Assembly: GCA_036170655.1 (NCBI GenBank)
Contig: JAVHPP010000126.1
Coordinates: 1-33,631, forward strand
DNA from: Candidatus Zixiibacteriota bacterium
GTDB lineage: Bacteria; Zixibacteria; MSB-5A5; WJJR01
Direction: 5' to 3'
DNA: 33,631 bases
This document shows, piece by piece, positions 17,069 to 29,683 of the stretch. Made by a program: the position numbers and the translations under genes. Below the pieces are notes generated by a model that ran no database searches, was not told the DNA's origin, and worked only from the letters and a program-made list of their open reading frames with translations. Each line of letters opens with the position of its first letter. Positions within the stretch are counted from its first letter, which is position 1.

Positions 17069-17662
17069 TTACAAATGGAGAATGGTCCTGAGGATCAGCA
17101 ACAAATCCCGTGTCAGACTCCGGTTGCGCACGTACGTCTTCGCGAGCGCGATCTTGCGGGGCAGGATCTGCTCCACATAGAACTTCTGCGGGTCGGGCGC
17201 CGACGCCAAGACCGCATCTTCATGGCGGAAAAGAATGCTCGCCTCGTCTGTAATACCAGGGCGGACTTTCAGGATCTCCTCGTAATCGTCTCGGAAGCGT
17301 TCGACATATTGCGGCACCTCGGGCCGTGGTCCTACCAGACTCATGTCCCCCTTGACTACGTTGACCAACTGAGGCAGTTCATCAAGTTTGGTCTTGCGCA
17401 GGAATTGTCCGATACATGTCACGCGTCGGTCACCGCGGATGGTGATGGGCGGATCCGAGGCCGCATCCTTCGTCATGGTGCGAAACTTGCGGATCTGAAA
17501 CGGCTGGAAGTCACGGCCGACACGAACCTGACGAAACAGCACCGGGCCCGGACCTGATATCTTCACCAAAAGGGTCACCAGGGCGTACACTGGGGACAGA
17601 ACCAGCAGGCCCAGCAGAGAACAAACAAGGTCGAAGAACCGTTTGGCCATGTCACTGGCCAT
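17069..17662 (-). CDS. Bacterial sugar transferase (PglC/WcaJ-type polyprenyl-phosphate phosphoglycosyltransferase)
   Basis: KRFFD, GPVLFRQVRVG, KFRTM, LRKTKLDELPQLVNVVKGDMSLVGPRPE and RPGIT. Alternative start at 17650. Confidence 0.95.
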   Translation of the reverse strand: MASDMAKRFFDLVCSLLGLLVLSPVYALVTLLVKISGPGPVLFRQVRVGRDFQPFQIRKFRTMTKDAASDPPITIRGDRRVTCIGQFLRKTKLDELPQLVNVVKGDMSLVGPRPEVPQYVERFRDDYEEILKVRPGITDEASILFRHEDAVLASAPDPQKFYVEQILPRKIALAKTYVRNRSLTRDLLLILRTILHL

Positions 17663-18824
17663 GCGTCTGGCAGATGGTGGTGACGGCTTCGATCACGCTG
17701 TCCACATCGTCGTCGGACATTTTCGGGTACAGGGGCAGGCTCACAATCCGCTGAAAGGTCGCATACGCCTGCGGGAAATCTTCGGGACGGTACCCGAAGG
17801 TGTCACGGTAATAGGGGTGCAGGTGCAACGGGATAAAGTGCACGGAAGCGCCGATATTTGCGCCCTTGAGTTCCTCGATAAATGCCGCGCGGTCGATGCG
17901 CAATCGTGCCGGGTTGAGCTTAATTATATAGAGGTGCCACGAATGAAGGCCATCCGGGGGCGCGTCCGGCGGGGTTTCGAGATATGGAGAGAGGCGGGAA
18001 AAGGCCTCTGTATATCGGCGTGCAATCGTCTGGCGCCGCTCTCGAAACTGGTCCGCCCTCTTCAACTGGGCAATCCCCAGCGATGCGGCGAGGTCGGTCA
18101 TGTTGTACTTGAATCCGGGGGCGAGGATCTCGTAGGACCAGCTTCCTGACACCATGTAGCGCGTCCACGCATTCTTGCTGATACCGTGGAGGCTCATCAC
18201 GCGGATGCGTTCAGCGAGGGCATCATCATCGGTCGCCACCATTCCCCCCTCGCCGGTTGTGATCGTCTTGGTCGAGTAGAAGGAGAAGCACGTGACATCG
18301 CCGATCGTCCCGATCATCCGTCCCTTGTACCGTGTGGGAAGAGTATGCGCAGCATCTTCGAGGACACGCAGTCCATGGGTCCTGGCACAGGCGAGAATCG
18401 GATCCATGTCACAGGCCAGCCCCGCCATGTGGACAGGAAGGATCACCTTGGGACGTGAGCACCGTCCCACGACCTCTTCCAACCGGGCGACATCGAGGTT
18501 CATGGTCACCGGGTCGATGTCGACGAACACGGGCTTGGCGCCCAAGTATTGGATCACTTCCCCCGTGGCGGCGAAGGTCATGGGTGTCGTGATGACATCA
18601 TCATCCCGGCCAACCCCAACGGCTTCGAGCGCCAGATGCAGCGCGGCCGTGCATGAGTTGACCGCTACAGCATGGCGGCAGCCCACATACCTGGCGAATT
18701 CTTCCTCGAACCGCCTGACCTTCGGTCCGGTTGTCAGCCAGCCGCTCTGCAACGTGTCGAGTACCTCGGCGATCTCTTCATCGCCGATCATCGGTGAAGC
18801 AAATGGGAGGAAGAACTCGCGCAT
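17652..18824 (-). CDS. DegT/DnrJ/EryC1/StrS family PLP-dependent sugar aminotransferase
   Basis: GWLTTGPKV..FE, NSCTAALHLAL, EDAAH, FSFYSTKTITTGEGG and SLPLYP. Confidence 0.96.
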   Translation of the reverse strand: MREFFLPFASPMIGDEEIAEVLDTLQSGWLTTGPKVRRFEEEFARYVGCRHAVAVNSCTAALHLALEAVGVGRDDDVITTPMTFAATGEVIQYLGAKPVFVDIDPVTMNLDVARLEEVVGRCSRPKVILPVHMAGLACDMDPILACARTHGLRVLEDAAHTLPTRYKGRMIGTIGDVTCFSFYSTKTITTGEGGMVATDDDALAERIRVMSLHGISKNAWTRYMVSGSWSYEILAPGFKYNMTDLAASLGIAQLKRADQFRERRQTIARRYTEAFSRLSPYLETPPDAPPDGLHSWHLYIIKLNPARLRIDRAAFIEELKGANIGASVHFIPLHLHPYYRDTFGYRPEDFPQAYATFQRIVSLPLYPKMSDDDVDSVIEAVTTICQTHGQ

Positions 18825-18853
18825 GAAGTTTTCTGGCCTTCGTAATGACGGGA

Positions 18854-21055
18854 TCAAGCATGTCGGCGGCGACGGGTCACCGGAGTGCGTCGGTCGTGCG
18901 GTGGGGATTCCTTGGGCGAATCCGACATGGCCAGATCGATCTCCTGACGGTCGACGTCGGCACGGATCAGGCTGACTTTGATCTTGTCACCGAGATTGAA
19001 GGTGCGCCCCGTGTGACGGCCGCGCACACGCCAGGCTTCTTTTTCCCAAGTGTAGTAGTCGTCGTCAATGCTGGAGAAACGGACCAAGCCATCGGCGCCG
19101 ATCCCCTCCAGGGTGACGAAGAACCCGAACTCAAGGAACCCGGAGATCTGGCCGGTGAATTCGTCACCGAGATGCGACTGGAGATACTCCAGTTGCTTGA
19201 CCCGCACGGATTCGCGTTCTGCCTCCTCGGCCAGCCGTTCACGTTCCGACATCTTCTTCCCGATGGCCGGCAACGCGGCACGGTCCTTGTGCTGCTGGGC
19301 AGTTGTCCATGTAGCATCCAGCAACTCCGCCAGGTGACGGTGAATCCACAGATCGGGATACCGGCGGATCGGAGACGTGAAGTGAACATAGTGGGGAAAG
19401 GCAAGACCAAAATGTCCGACGTTGTCCGGCTGGTAGACGGCTTTCATCAGCGACCGCAGCAGGATCTGGTGGATCATGTCCCGGCGCGGATCGGATTTCA
19501 CCCGCTCCAGAAGGCGTGTCAGCAACAGGGGGGTCACACCTCCCTTGGCCGAGAAACGATAACCGAGACTGTTCACAAAGGATGCAAATTCCTCCATTTT
19601 TTCCGGGGCGGGCGGGGCATGGACGCGGAAAAGACAGGGACGGTTGCGACGCAGAAACTGGTGCGCCGCACACTGGTTGGCGAGCAACATGAACTCCTCA
19701 ACCAACTGGTGTGAGTGATCGGCATGACGCATTTCGATGCGAACCGGCCTGCCCTCGTCATCGAGCAAGACCCTCGCTTCGGGAACTTCCAGGTCGAGAC
19801 TGCCGCTCTCGAACCGCCGCCGACGCAGCGTCTGAGACAGGGCGCGCATATCGTCCAGCACAGCCGTGAATGGCTTCATGGCGCGCGGGGCGGCATCCTG
19901 GTAGAAGTGCTGCGACACATCGTCATAGCTGAGTTTGGCGCAGGACTGGATGACGGACCGGCAGAAACGGTAGCGTACCAACTCGCCGCTGTCGGTCAGA
20001 TCCACGAGACAACTGAAGCTCAACCGGTCTCGGTGCGGACGCAGACTGCAAAGATCATTCGAGAGACGCGGCGGAAGCATCGGAATCACACGATCCACCA
20101 AATAAACACTCGTGCCGCGGTCGTATGCTTCCCGGTCAAGGGCGTTGCCTTCCTTCACATAAAACGAGACATCCGCGATGTGAACGCCCAGACGCCAGCC
20201 CCCGTCATGATGCTGCAAGGAGACAGCGTCGTCATGGTCTTTGGCATCGGCGGGGTCGATCGTGAACGTGACCCAGTCACGACAGTCCTCCCGTCCTTCG
20301 AGGGCTTCAGCCGGAATCTCATCAGGAAAAGCGCTCGCTTCAGCCAGCACGCCTCTGGGGAAGGATTGGGGCAGTTGATAATCGGCGATGATGCGAAGGA
20401 TGTCGACCCCGGGCTCTCCGGGGAAGCCAAGCACTTGCGTGATTTTGCCCGATGGGGTCTGGTCGGGAAACTCCCAATCGGTGATGACGACCATGACCTG
20501 CTGACCGACTTCGGCGCCCTGGATCGCATTGGCCGGCACGTGGATCTCGCGCAGGGGATGGGGCTGGTCAGGCACGACGTAGCCGAAGTACTTTGACCGG
20601 CGAAAGATCCCCAGAATTGGCTGCCCACCCCGGGTGATAATCTTAATGACCGCACCCTCTGCTGACGGTCCGTCGCTGTCGGAATGCAGACGGACCATGA
20701 CGCGGTCGCCCTCCAGCGCTGTCATCCGCTCACGTGGGCGGATGAAGATGTCGGCTGGACGCTCCTCATGCCCCTCTGGACGGCAGAACAGATGACCTCC
20801 GCGGCGCACGACAATCGTGCCGACCACCAGATTCAACGGATCGGGGGGCGCCAGACGGCCGCGTTTGAGGCGGACAATCCGCCCCTCGGACTCAAGGATT
20901 TTCAGCGTCGCGCGGAAACGCGGGTAGTCGCGCTCGGGCACACCCATCAGCCGTGCCAGTTCGCGCGTACGCGCTGGACGGCTCGCGTTTTCGGATAGAA
21001 AACGAATGATTGCTTCTGGGTCGGCCGGATTCACGTTGTTGTCAACTCCGGACAT
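18854..21055 (-). CDS. rnr: Ribonuclease R
   Basis: N-terminal HTH and cold-shock domains, RNB motif TIDPADAKDHDDAVS, LVEEFMLLAN, HFTSPIRRYPD and C-terminal S1. Start uncertain (21130, 21055 or GTG 21034). Confidence 0.96.
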   Translation of the reverse strand: MSGVDNNVNPADPEAIIRFLSENASRPARTRELARLMGVPERDYPRFRATLKILESEGRIVRLKRGRLAPPDPLNLVVGTIVVRRGGHLFCRPEGHEERPADIFIRPRERMTALEGDRVMVRLHSDSDGPSAEGAVIKIITRGGQPILGIFRRSKYFGYVVPDQPHPLREIHVPANAIQGAEVGQQVMVVITDWEFPDQTPSGKITQVLGFPGEPGVDILRIIADYQLPQSFPRGVLAEASAFPDEIPAEALEGREDCRDWVTFTIDPADAKDHDDAVSLQHHDGGWRLGVHIADVSFYVKEGNALDREAYDRGTSVYLVDRVIPMLPPRLSNDLCSLRPHRDRLSFSCLVDLTDSGELVRYRFCRSVIQSCAKLSYDDVSQHFYQDAAPRAMKPFTAVLDDMRALSQTLRRRRFESGSLDLEVPEARVLLDDEGRPVRIEMRHADHSHQLVEEFMLLANQCAAHQFLRRNRPCLFRVHAPPAPEKMEEFASFVNSLGYRFSAKGGVTPLLLTRLLERVKSDPRRDMIHQILLRSLMKAVYQPDNVGHFGLAFPHYVHFTSPIRRYPDLWIHRHLAELLDATWTTAQQHKDRAALPAIGKKMSERERLAEEAERESVRVKQLEYLQSHLGDEFTGQISGFLEFGFFVTLEGIGADGLVRFSSIDDDYYTWEKEAWRVRGRHTGRTFNLGDKIKVSLIRADVDRQEIDLAMSDSPKESPPHDRRTPVTRRRRHA

Positions 21056-21133
21056 TGGCGCGGCAAAGAGGTTCTGGATCGGCACCACGGTTGCGTGGAA
21101 TAATGCACGCGCATCGATGGAGGCCACCACTGG

Positions 21134-22162
21134 TCAATCGCGGCGGCTGCGGCTGAGCACCTTGCTGTACTGCGCCATATTCTCCAACACGCGGCCCGTG
21201 CCACGGACGACACAGGTCAGCGGATCGTCGGCGACATTGACGGGCAGATTGGTCTCCTGCCGCAACCGTTTGTCCAGTCCGCGCAACAGCGCGCCGCCGC
21301 CGGTCAGAATGATGCCACGGTCAAGAATGTCACTGGACAGCTCGGGCGGCGTGCGTTCCAGCGACTGGCGGACAGCCTCGACGATGGCGTCAATGGGTTC
21401 CGTCAGCGCCTCGCGGACTTGCACCGACGAGAGATTCATCGTCTTGGGAACGCCGGCAATCAGATCGCGGCCCTTGACCTCCATTGATTCTTCCCGGTCG
21501 AGAGCAAAAGCGGAACCGATCTTGATCTTGATCTCTTCTGCCGTCAGTTCACCGATGAGCAGGTTATAGCTCTTCTTGAGATAGAGGACGACGGCCTCAT
21601 TCATCTCGTCGCCGGCGATGCGGATCGACTTGTTGTTCACGATACCGGACAAGGCGATGACCGCAATCTCGGATGTGCCACCACCGATGTCGATGACCAT
21701 GATCCCCGAGGGCTGATCAACCGGCAGACCGACACCAATGGCGGCGGCCATGGGTTCCTGGATCAGATAGACCTCGCGCGCACCCGCATTTTCCGCCGAA
21801 TCGCGCACGGCTCGTTTTTCGACCTCGGTGATTCCCGAGGGCACAGAAATCACGATCTTCGGCTTCATCAGGTAACGGTGGCGGACCACGCGACGGATGA
21901 AGTCCGACAGCAGTTTCTCCGTGATCTCGAAATCGGCAATCACGCCATCCTTGAGCGGCCGGACCGCCCGAATTTCTTCGGGGGTGCGCCCGATCATCTC
22001 TTTGGCGGCGGCGCCGACGGCGACCACACGTCCGGTCGCGACTTCCGTGGCCACCACAGACGGCTCGTTCAGCACAATACCGACGCCGCGTACGAAAACG
22101 AGCGTATTGGCGGTCCCGAGGTCGATACCAATATCACTGGAAATCAGATCGAAAAACGACAT
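21134..22162 (-). CDS. mreB: Rod shape-determining protein MreB
   Basis: IGIDLGTANT, RPLKDGVIADF, EPMAAAIG, DIGGGTSE and LTGGGALL. Confidence 0.98.
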   Translation of the reverse strand: MSFFDLISSDIGIDLGTANTLVFVRGVGIVLNEPSVVATEVATGRVVAVGAAAKEMIGRTPEEIRAVRPLKDGVIADFEITEKLLSDFIRRVVRHRYLMKPKIVISVPSGITEVEKRAVRDSAENAGAREVYLIQEPMAAAIGVGLPVDQPSGIMVIDIGGGTSEIAVIALSGIVNNKSIRIAGDEMNEAVVLYLKKSYNLLIGELTAEEIKIKIGSAFALDREESMEVKGRDLIAGVPKTMNLSSVQVREALTEPIDAIVEAVRQSLERTPPELSSDILDRGIILTGGGALLRGLDKRLRQETNLPVNVADDPLTCVVRGTGRVLENMAQYSKVLSRSRRD

Positions 22163-22170
22163 GTGTCTGC

Positions 22171-23130
22171 CTATGCCTCTTCTGTTCCACGCATCCTGTT
22201 GCGATGGCCAAAGTATATGTAGCGCCCGAGCAGGTTGACGTACTCGCTCCAGTCGGCGTCACCGGATTTCTCGCCGATCCGTCGCACGGCGCCCATTTGG
22301 GAATCCAGTTCATCCATGTGATGAAGGACGAATGCCTCGGGCATCATCGGCAGCACCGGCGATCCCTTCTCGAACGCTCCCTGATGGGAGAGAATCAGAT
22401 GACGCAACGCTCGTGCTGTTTCGGCGGGAAAATCGGCGGTCGCCTCAATCGCCGAAGCGACCCGATGGTCACCGGAATTGATATGTCCGATCAGCCGTCC
22501 CTCGTCGCTGTAGTCGATCATTGCGGTGAACTCGTATTGATCGATTTTGCCCAGATCGTGGAGGAGTGCCCCGCACACGAGCAGATCGCGATCAAGGCCG
22601 GGATACATCTCACAGGCGTAGTCACAGAGACGGACGAGATTGAGCGAGTGCTCCGCCAGCCCGCCCACGGTGTTATGGTGCCAGAGTTTGCCCGCCGGGG
22701 CCGCCAGGTACCGTTCGCGAAGATCCCCCTGGCCAAACAGATTATCCATCAATTTCCGTAGAGCCGGGTTGTTCAGACTTTCGAGGCAGGCATCCAATCG
22801 TCGTGTCAACTCATCGTGCTCGACCGGTGAGCGCGGGAGGAAATCTGACGGCTGGGCCTCATCGGCAGTCGCCATTCGTATGCGTTCCACCTTAAGTTGC
22901 GGCCGGTCGCGGTAGGTTCCCACGGAACCTCTGACCTTGACAACCATTCCCACGGTCAAGTCATCGACGACCGTCTCGAATCCTTCCCACATCACCGCAC
23001 CGATCCGGCCACTCTGGTCTCCGAATTCCAGCGAAAGTCGCTCCCCTGCCGGAGATTCTCGCCGCTCTAGCTTACGCAGAACGACAAATGCCTCCACCCC
23101 CTGGCCTGTTTCCCAGTCGCGGATCGCCAT
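22171..23130 (-). CDS. YhaM/Cbf1-family OB-fold + HD domain 3'-5' exoribonuclease
   Basis: N-terminal OB fold (DQSGRIGAVMW...VKVRG), PAGKLWHH...GGLAEHS, LLHDLGK, GRLIGHI, HLILSHQG..EKGSP and HHMDELD. Confidence 0.9.
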   Translation of the reverse strand: MAIRDWETGQGVEAFVVLRKLERRESPAGERLSLEFGDQSGRIGAVMWEGFETVVDDLTVGMVVKVRGSVGTYRDRPQLKVERIRMATADEAQPSDFLPRSPVEHDELTRRLDACLESLNNPALRKLMDNLFGQGDLRERYLAAPAGKLWHHNTVGGLAEHSLNLVRLCDYACEMYPGLDRDLLVCGALLHDLGKIDQYEFTAMIDYSDEGRLIGHINSGDHRVASAIEATADFPAETARALRHLILSHQGAFEKGSPVLPMMPEAFVLHHMDELDSQMGAVRRIGEKSGDADWSEYVNLLGRYIYFGHRNRMRGTEEA

Positions 23131-23331
23131 GCCGATTGCGCCAATCCCTTTCCATCCCAACGGATTTCACCGCTGGGAGTTGCTAACTTTCTCCCGAACA
23201 CCAAGAAAGTCAAGGGGAAACGCCCGTTCAGGGGTGGCAGCGGTTAAACTCGTTGGCCGGGATCGTTCTTTCGACGGGGAAGGGCGAATCTGTCCTGTTG
23301 GGGTCTTGCAAGTCGGGTCTATATTCCGTCT

Positions 23332-24762
23332 GTGAACCGACTCGACCGGTACATTTTGCGTGAACATAACGGGCCGTTCTGGTTCGCGCTGGTCGTCATC
23401 ACGCTCGTTCTGATCATCGACTTTGTGCCGGAGGTCGTGTCGATGGTCGTGTCCAAAGGGCTTTCGGCGGGCATCATCGTCAAAGTATTCGTCCTCAATC
23501 TCGCCTGGATGTTGGCGCTGTCAGTGCCAATGGCGGTCCTTTCGGGCACACTCATGGCGTTCGGACGTCTGTCCGCCGACTCCGAGATATTGGCGATCAA
23601 AGCGTCGGGAGTGTCTCTTTACCGTATCATCGCCCCGGTCGTTTGGGTCGCCGGAATCATCGGCGCCGGGTTGATCGTGTTCAATAACGAAGTTCTGCCC
23701 GATGCCAACCATCAGGCGCGACTGTTGATGTCGGACATACGGCGGAAACGCCCCACGCTGGATCTCAAGGCCAACGTGATGGAGGACCGGATACCCGGCT
23801 ACCACCTGCTCATCAAGCAGATTGATCCGAAATCATCGGCGATCGCCGATGTGACGATCTTTGACCAGAAAAACCGCAGCGCTCCGCGTACGGTGGTGGC
23901 GAAAACCGGCACAATGAATTACTCGGCCGATGGACGGACACTCATACTCAAACTGAACGACGGCGAGATTCATGAAGTCGATCCCGCCGACGAGCGAAAA
24001 TACCGCCGCACCGCATTTCAGGAACAAACGTTCTATCTGGGCGGCGTGGAAGATGAATGGTCGCAGACAACGTCCGATTACCGCACCGACCGCGAGAAAT
24101 CCGCTGCCCAAATGCGCGAGGATATCCGCGTCTGGCGTCAGGCGCTCCAGCCGCATTACCGCAACATCAATGTTGCGTGCTCAACCATGGTCTCTGCGCT
24201 GTTTGTCCGCCCGCCCGATTCGACGTCACCAGACGTGAGCCTGCCGGTCGTGGGGGGACCGATGCAACCCGCGGTGGACTCGGTGGCCGGCGCCCGTCGC
24301 GCGCTCGATCGTGCCCGTCGTGTGACCGCCGTTCTTCAGCGTGAAGAGGGCGCCATCCGCAATCAGGAACGCCTGATCGATCAGTACCTGATTGAGGTGT
24401 ACAAGAAATACTCCATCCCGGCCGCCTCTGTGGTCTTTGTCTTGATTGGCTGCCCATTGGGTGTGCGGGCGCGACGCGGCGGTCTCGGCACTGGCATGGG
24501 GGTGTCGCTGGGGTTGTTTGTAATCTACTGGGCATTCCTGATTGGCGGAGAAGACCTCGCGGATCGTGAGATTGTCTCGCCATTCATGGCCATGTGGTCG
24601 GCCGACTTCCTGATCGGCTTCGTGGGGCTTGTTCTCCTCTGGTCGGTGACCAACGAGATCCGTCTGTCACCCACTGTGCTCTGGAAGCGGATGACCGCCG
24701 CACTTGCCCACCGGGGTGGGCACGGACCCGGGACAGATTTGGATGGGTGGTCCGCGCGATGA
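23332..24762 (+). CDS. lptF: LPS export ABC transporter permease LptF (YjgP/YjgQ family)
   Basis: RLDRYILRE, PMAVLSGTLMAFGRLSADSEILAIKASGVS and IEVYKKYSIP...FVLIGCPLG. Confidence 0.88.
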   Translation: MNRLDRYILREHNGPFWFALVVITLVLIIDFVPEVVSMVVSKGLSAGIIVKVFVLNLAWMLALSVPMAVLSGTLMAFGRLSADSEILAIKASGVSLYRIIAPVVWVAGIIGAGLIVFNNEVLPDANHQARLLMSDIRRKRPTLDLKANVMEDRIPGYHLLIKQIDPKSSAIADVTIFDQKNRSAPRTVVAKTGTMNYSADGRTLILKLNDGEIHEVDPADERKYRRTAFQEQTFYLGGVEDEWSQTTSDYRTDREKSAAQMREDIRVWRQALQPHYRNINVACSTMVSALFVRPPDSTSPDVSLPVVGGPMQPAVDSVAGARRALDRARRVTAVLQREEGAIRNQERLIDQYLIEVYKKYSIPAASVVFVLIGCPLGVRARRGGLGTGMGVSLGLFVIYWAFLIGGEDLADREIVSPFMAMWSADFLIGFVGLVLLWSVTNEIRLSPTVLWKRMTAALAHRGGHGPGTDLDGWSAR

Positions 24763-25844
24763 ATCGCATCGACCGATACCTGATGCGCCGGTTCGTCTTC
24801 AACCTGGCGTGGTCCCTGACGGCCTTTTGGCTGATCTTCCTGACCGTTGATCTGGTCGAACACCTGGACAAGTTCATTGACAAGGGCGCTCCCGCGCAAT
24901 ACGTCACACTGTACTATCTTTACTACTCACCATATATACTGATCTTGATCATGCCGGTTGGCGTGCTGCTGGCCACGCTCTTCTCTGTCGGCTTGCTCAG
25001 CAAGTACAGCGAACTGCTTGCCTTGCGGGCAGCGGGGGTATCCCTGTTTCGCGTGGCGATGCCGCTCTTGTTTCTCGGCCTGGTGATCACCGGCCTCATC
25101 ATGGCCGCCGGCGAGACGGTCTTTCCGGTGATGGAGCAGCGCCGCGCGGATCTGACCCAACAGTTCCTGGGCAGCGGATCACGCCCTGCGCAAATGATCA
25201 TGCAGAATCTCTTTGCCCCGGGACTGAATGGGCGCGTGTTTTACTTCAAGACCTACAACACCGGTCAGCGCACAGGCGACGGCGTCACTGTGCAAACCTT
25301 TAGCGGCGGCCGCATGACCGAACTCCTGGAGATGCGGAGTCTCCGGTATCAGGACTCGATCTGGACAGGAGAGGCCGGCCAACAGCGGCTCTTCGAGACC
25401 ACCGGCGACTCGGCCACCCGATACGAATCGTTTCAGCGTCTCGCGTTTCCGGAGTGGAGGGAGATCCCCGATGATTTTGTGCGCAAACGTGTCGATCCAC
25501 AGCGATCAGGCTACTTCGCGCTGAAGGCGGCCATCAACCGGATGCGTCAAACCGGCGGTGATCCAACGTATGAGGACACGGAACTAGCGCTGAAAATCGC
25601 GTTTCCCTTCCTGAACTTTCTTGTGGTGTTGATCGGCTTTCCCATCGCCACGCGGACACGGCATGCGGGCATGGCGCTGAATTTCGGCGTGGCCATGATG
25701 ATCACATTCGCGCTGCGCGTCGTGATCGAGGTGTTCCGCTCGTTCGGACACAACGGCGATCTCCCGGCTTGGACAGCGGCCTGGATTCCCAACTTGCTGT
25801 GCCTCATCTTGGGCGCGGTGGCGTTGCTGCGCGTACGGAAATAG
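24759..25844 (+). CDS. lptG: LPS export ABC transporter permease LptG (YjgP/YjgQ family)
   Basis: ATGA overlap with lptF. RIDRYLMR, PVGVLLATL...SELLALRAAGVS, KIAFPF and AAWIPN. Confidence 0.88.
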   Translation: MNRIDRYLMRRFVFNLAWSLTAFWLIFLTVDLVEHLDKFIDKGAPAQYVTLYYLYYSPYILILIMPVGVLLATLFSVGLLSKYSELLALRAAGVSLFRVAMPLLFLGLVITGLIMAAGETVFPVMEQRRADLTQQFLGSGSRPAQMIMQNLFAPGLNGRVFYFKTYNTGQRTGDGVTVQTFSGGRMTELLEMRSLRYQDSIWTGEAGQQRLFETTGDSATRYESFQRLAFPEWREIPDDFVRKRVDPQRSGYFALKAAINRMRQTGGDPTYEDTELALKIAFPFLNFLVVLIGFPIATRTRHAGMALNFGVAMMITFALRVVIEVFRSFGHNGDLPAWTAAWIPNLLCLILGAVALLRVRK

Positions 25845-25950
25845 AAACCAGCGGGCCGCCACGCTCCTGCGGCAACACCAGAACCTTCTGAGCACGGGAG
25901 ACGGGGAGTTCACCAGCGCGACGCGCTCCAGGCAGGGAGCAAGATCGCGC

Positions 25951-28409
<2,459 letters not shown>

Positions 28410-28443
28410 ACCTTCTCCCCTGATTGCAGTGACCTGGGACCCG

Positions 28444-29436
28444 CTACGACTGAATCGCGAGTCCGATTTCGCACGAGTCACCAATGTTAAGGCGCTCCAC
28501 ACGCCCGACCACCGACGCGTGCGAACCAATCATCGAATCTGCCAGAACACAATGGCGCATTTCGGCGCCCTCAGAGACTATGGAATTCATGATGATGGAC
28601 TGGCAGACAATAGCCCGATCACCAATAGAGGCATAGGGACCGATGACGGATTGCTCGATCCGGGCGGTCGGCGCGACATACGAAGGCGGAATCACAACGG
28701 AACCCGGAACGGTCGCCTGCTGCCCGCAGGTCTGGAGGAGATGGCGATTGGTTAAAAGCAGGGTTTCCAGTTCTCCGCAATCGTACCAGCCATCGACGGT
28801 GACCGCCGCCATGCGGCTGCCCCGTTCCACCATCAGTTGCAGAGCATCGGTGACCTGCAACTCACCGGCCACGGTCCGGTTGCGCGCGACCACGTCGTTC
28901 AGACATTGGCGGAATAATGAGGTACTCTTGATGCCATAGAGACCCACGACCGCCTCTTTGGATAGCGGCGACTCCGGTTTTTCGACGAGGCGTTTGATCC
29001 AGCAGCCTTCTGTCTCAACGACGCCGAATCGCCGCGGATCATCCACCTCGTGGACACCCAACGCGTCGTCCGGGCCGGCCATGAACAGCGTCAAATTGGT
29101 CTCGACGATTGTATCGCCGAGAATGACGAGCACCGGATCATCACCGGGGATCGCTTCGAGGCCGAGATGGATGGCATACCCCAGTCCGCGCAATTCACTT
29201 TGGTGCACAAAATGAACCGGCAACTGGTGGTGCGATGTCACATACGTCCTGATCTGATCGGCGAACACACCCAGTACAATCCAAATACCTCCCAAACCCG
29301 GGAGACCAGTCAGGCGATCAAGGATATGTCCGAGGATGGGTTTGCCGGCAACCGGCAGCAGCGCCTTGGTCAGCGTGTGCGTATGTGGGCGAAGACGCGT
29401 TCCGATTCCCGCCGCCGGGATAATGACATTGATCAT
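28444..29436 (-). CDS. Sugar-phosphate nucleotidyltransferase with C-terminal left-handed beta-helix (long glucose-1-P thymidylyltransferase-like)
   Basis: [15 protein letters not shown]....[36 protein letters not shown] and a hexapeptide-like C-terminus. Confidence 0.9.
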   Translation of the reverse strand: MINVIIPAAGIGTRLRPHTHTLTKALLPVAGKPILGHILDRLTGLPGLGGIWIVLGVFADQIRTYVTSHHQLPVHFVHQSELRGLGYAIHLGLEAIPGDDPVLVILGDTIVETNLTLFMAGPDDALGVHEVDDPRRFGVVETEGCWIKRLVEKPESPLSKEAVVGLYGIKSTSLFRQCLNDVVARNRTVAGELQVTDALQLMVERGSRMAAVTVDGWYDCGELETLLLTNRHLLQTCGQQATVPGSVVIPPSYVAPTARIEQSVIGPYASIGDRAIVCQSIIMNSIVSEGAEMRHCVLADSMIGSHASVVGRVERLNIGDSCEIGLAIQS

Positions 29437-29537
29437 CGTATGACCGAATTTACATGCCAGACCCAAAGGCGTGAAGGACTCAACGCTGTCTGCCCTGCCA
29501 CCGGTCGAAACGCACCAGACACGCCCATAGCGGCGGA

Positions 29538-29565
29538 AGTGTACGGTTCGGCGGGCAAATTACAA
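29538..29565 (-). promoter_or_regulatory. Possible sigma70-type promoter for the nucleotidyltransferase-metK-ahcY run
   Basis: Minus strand reads TTGTAA-N16-TACACT. Confidence 0.45.
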
Positions 29566-29608
29566 GCGAATTCTGACGAAATCGGAACCGGGGGCACGGG
29601 TGCTTGTC

Positions 29609-29636
29609 TTGACTTGGAATCGGGCAGAGGTATATT
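29609..29636 (+). promoter_or_regulatory. Sigma70-type promoter for pfkA and downstream genes
   Basis: TTGACT-N16-TATATT, then SD GGGGAG before GTG 29684. Confidence 0.6.
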
Positions 29637-29683
29637 GCAGTTCCTCGGATGCAAGGCGGGATCCAAGAGGGGGAGAATAAACT

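Noticed and set aside
18845..20596. Long plus-strand ORFs (289 and 293 aa)
   Set aside because: They are antisense shadows of rnr, expected from codon bias in GC-rich genes, with no motifs.
25895..25905. 11-bp match (CCCGTCTCCCG) to the tRNA-Gly 3' end, as a possible att site
   Set aside because: It is short, in inverted orientation, has no integrase nearby and encloses only core genes.
25845..25950. Intergenic sequence with a faint SAH-riboswitch-like word (CCGCAGGAGCGTGGCG on the minus strand)
   Set aside because: It lies downstream of ahcY between convergent genes, and the remaining riboswitch elements are not evident.
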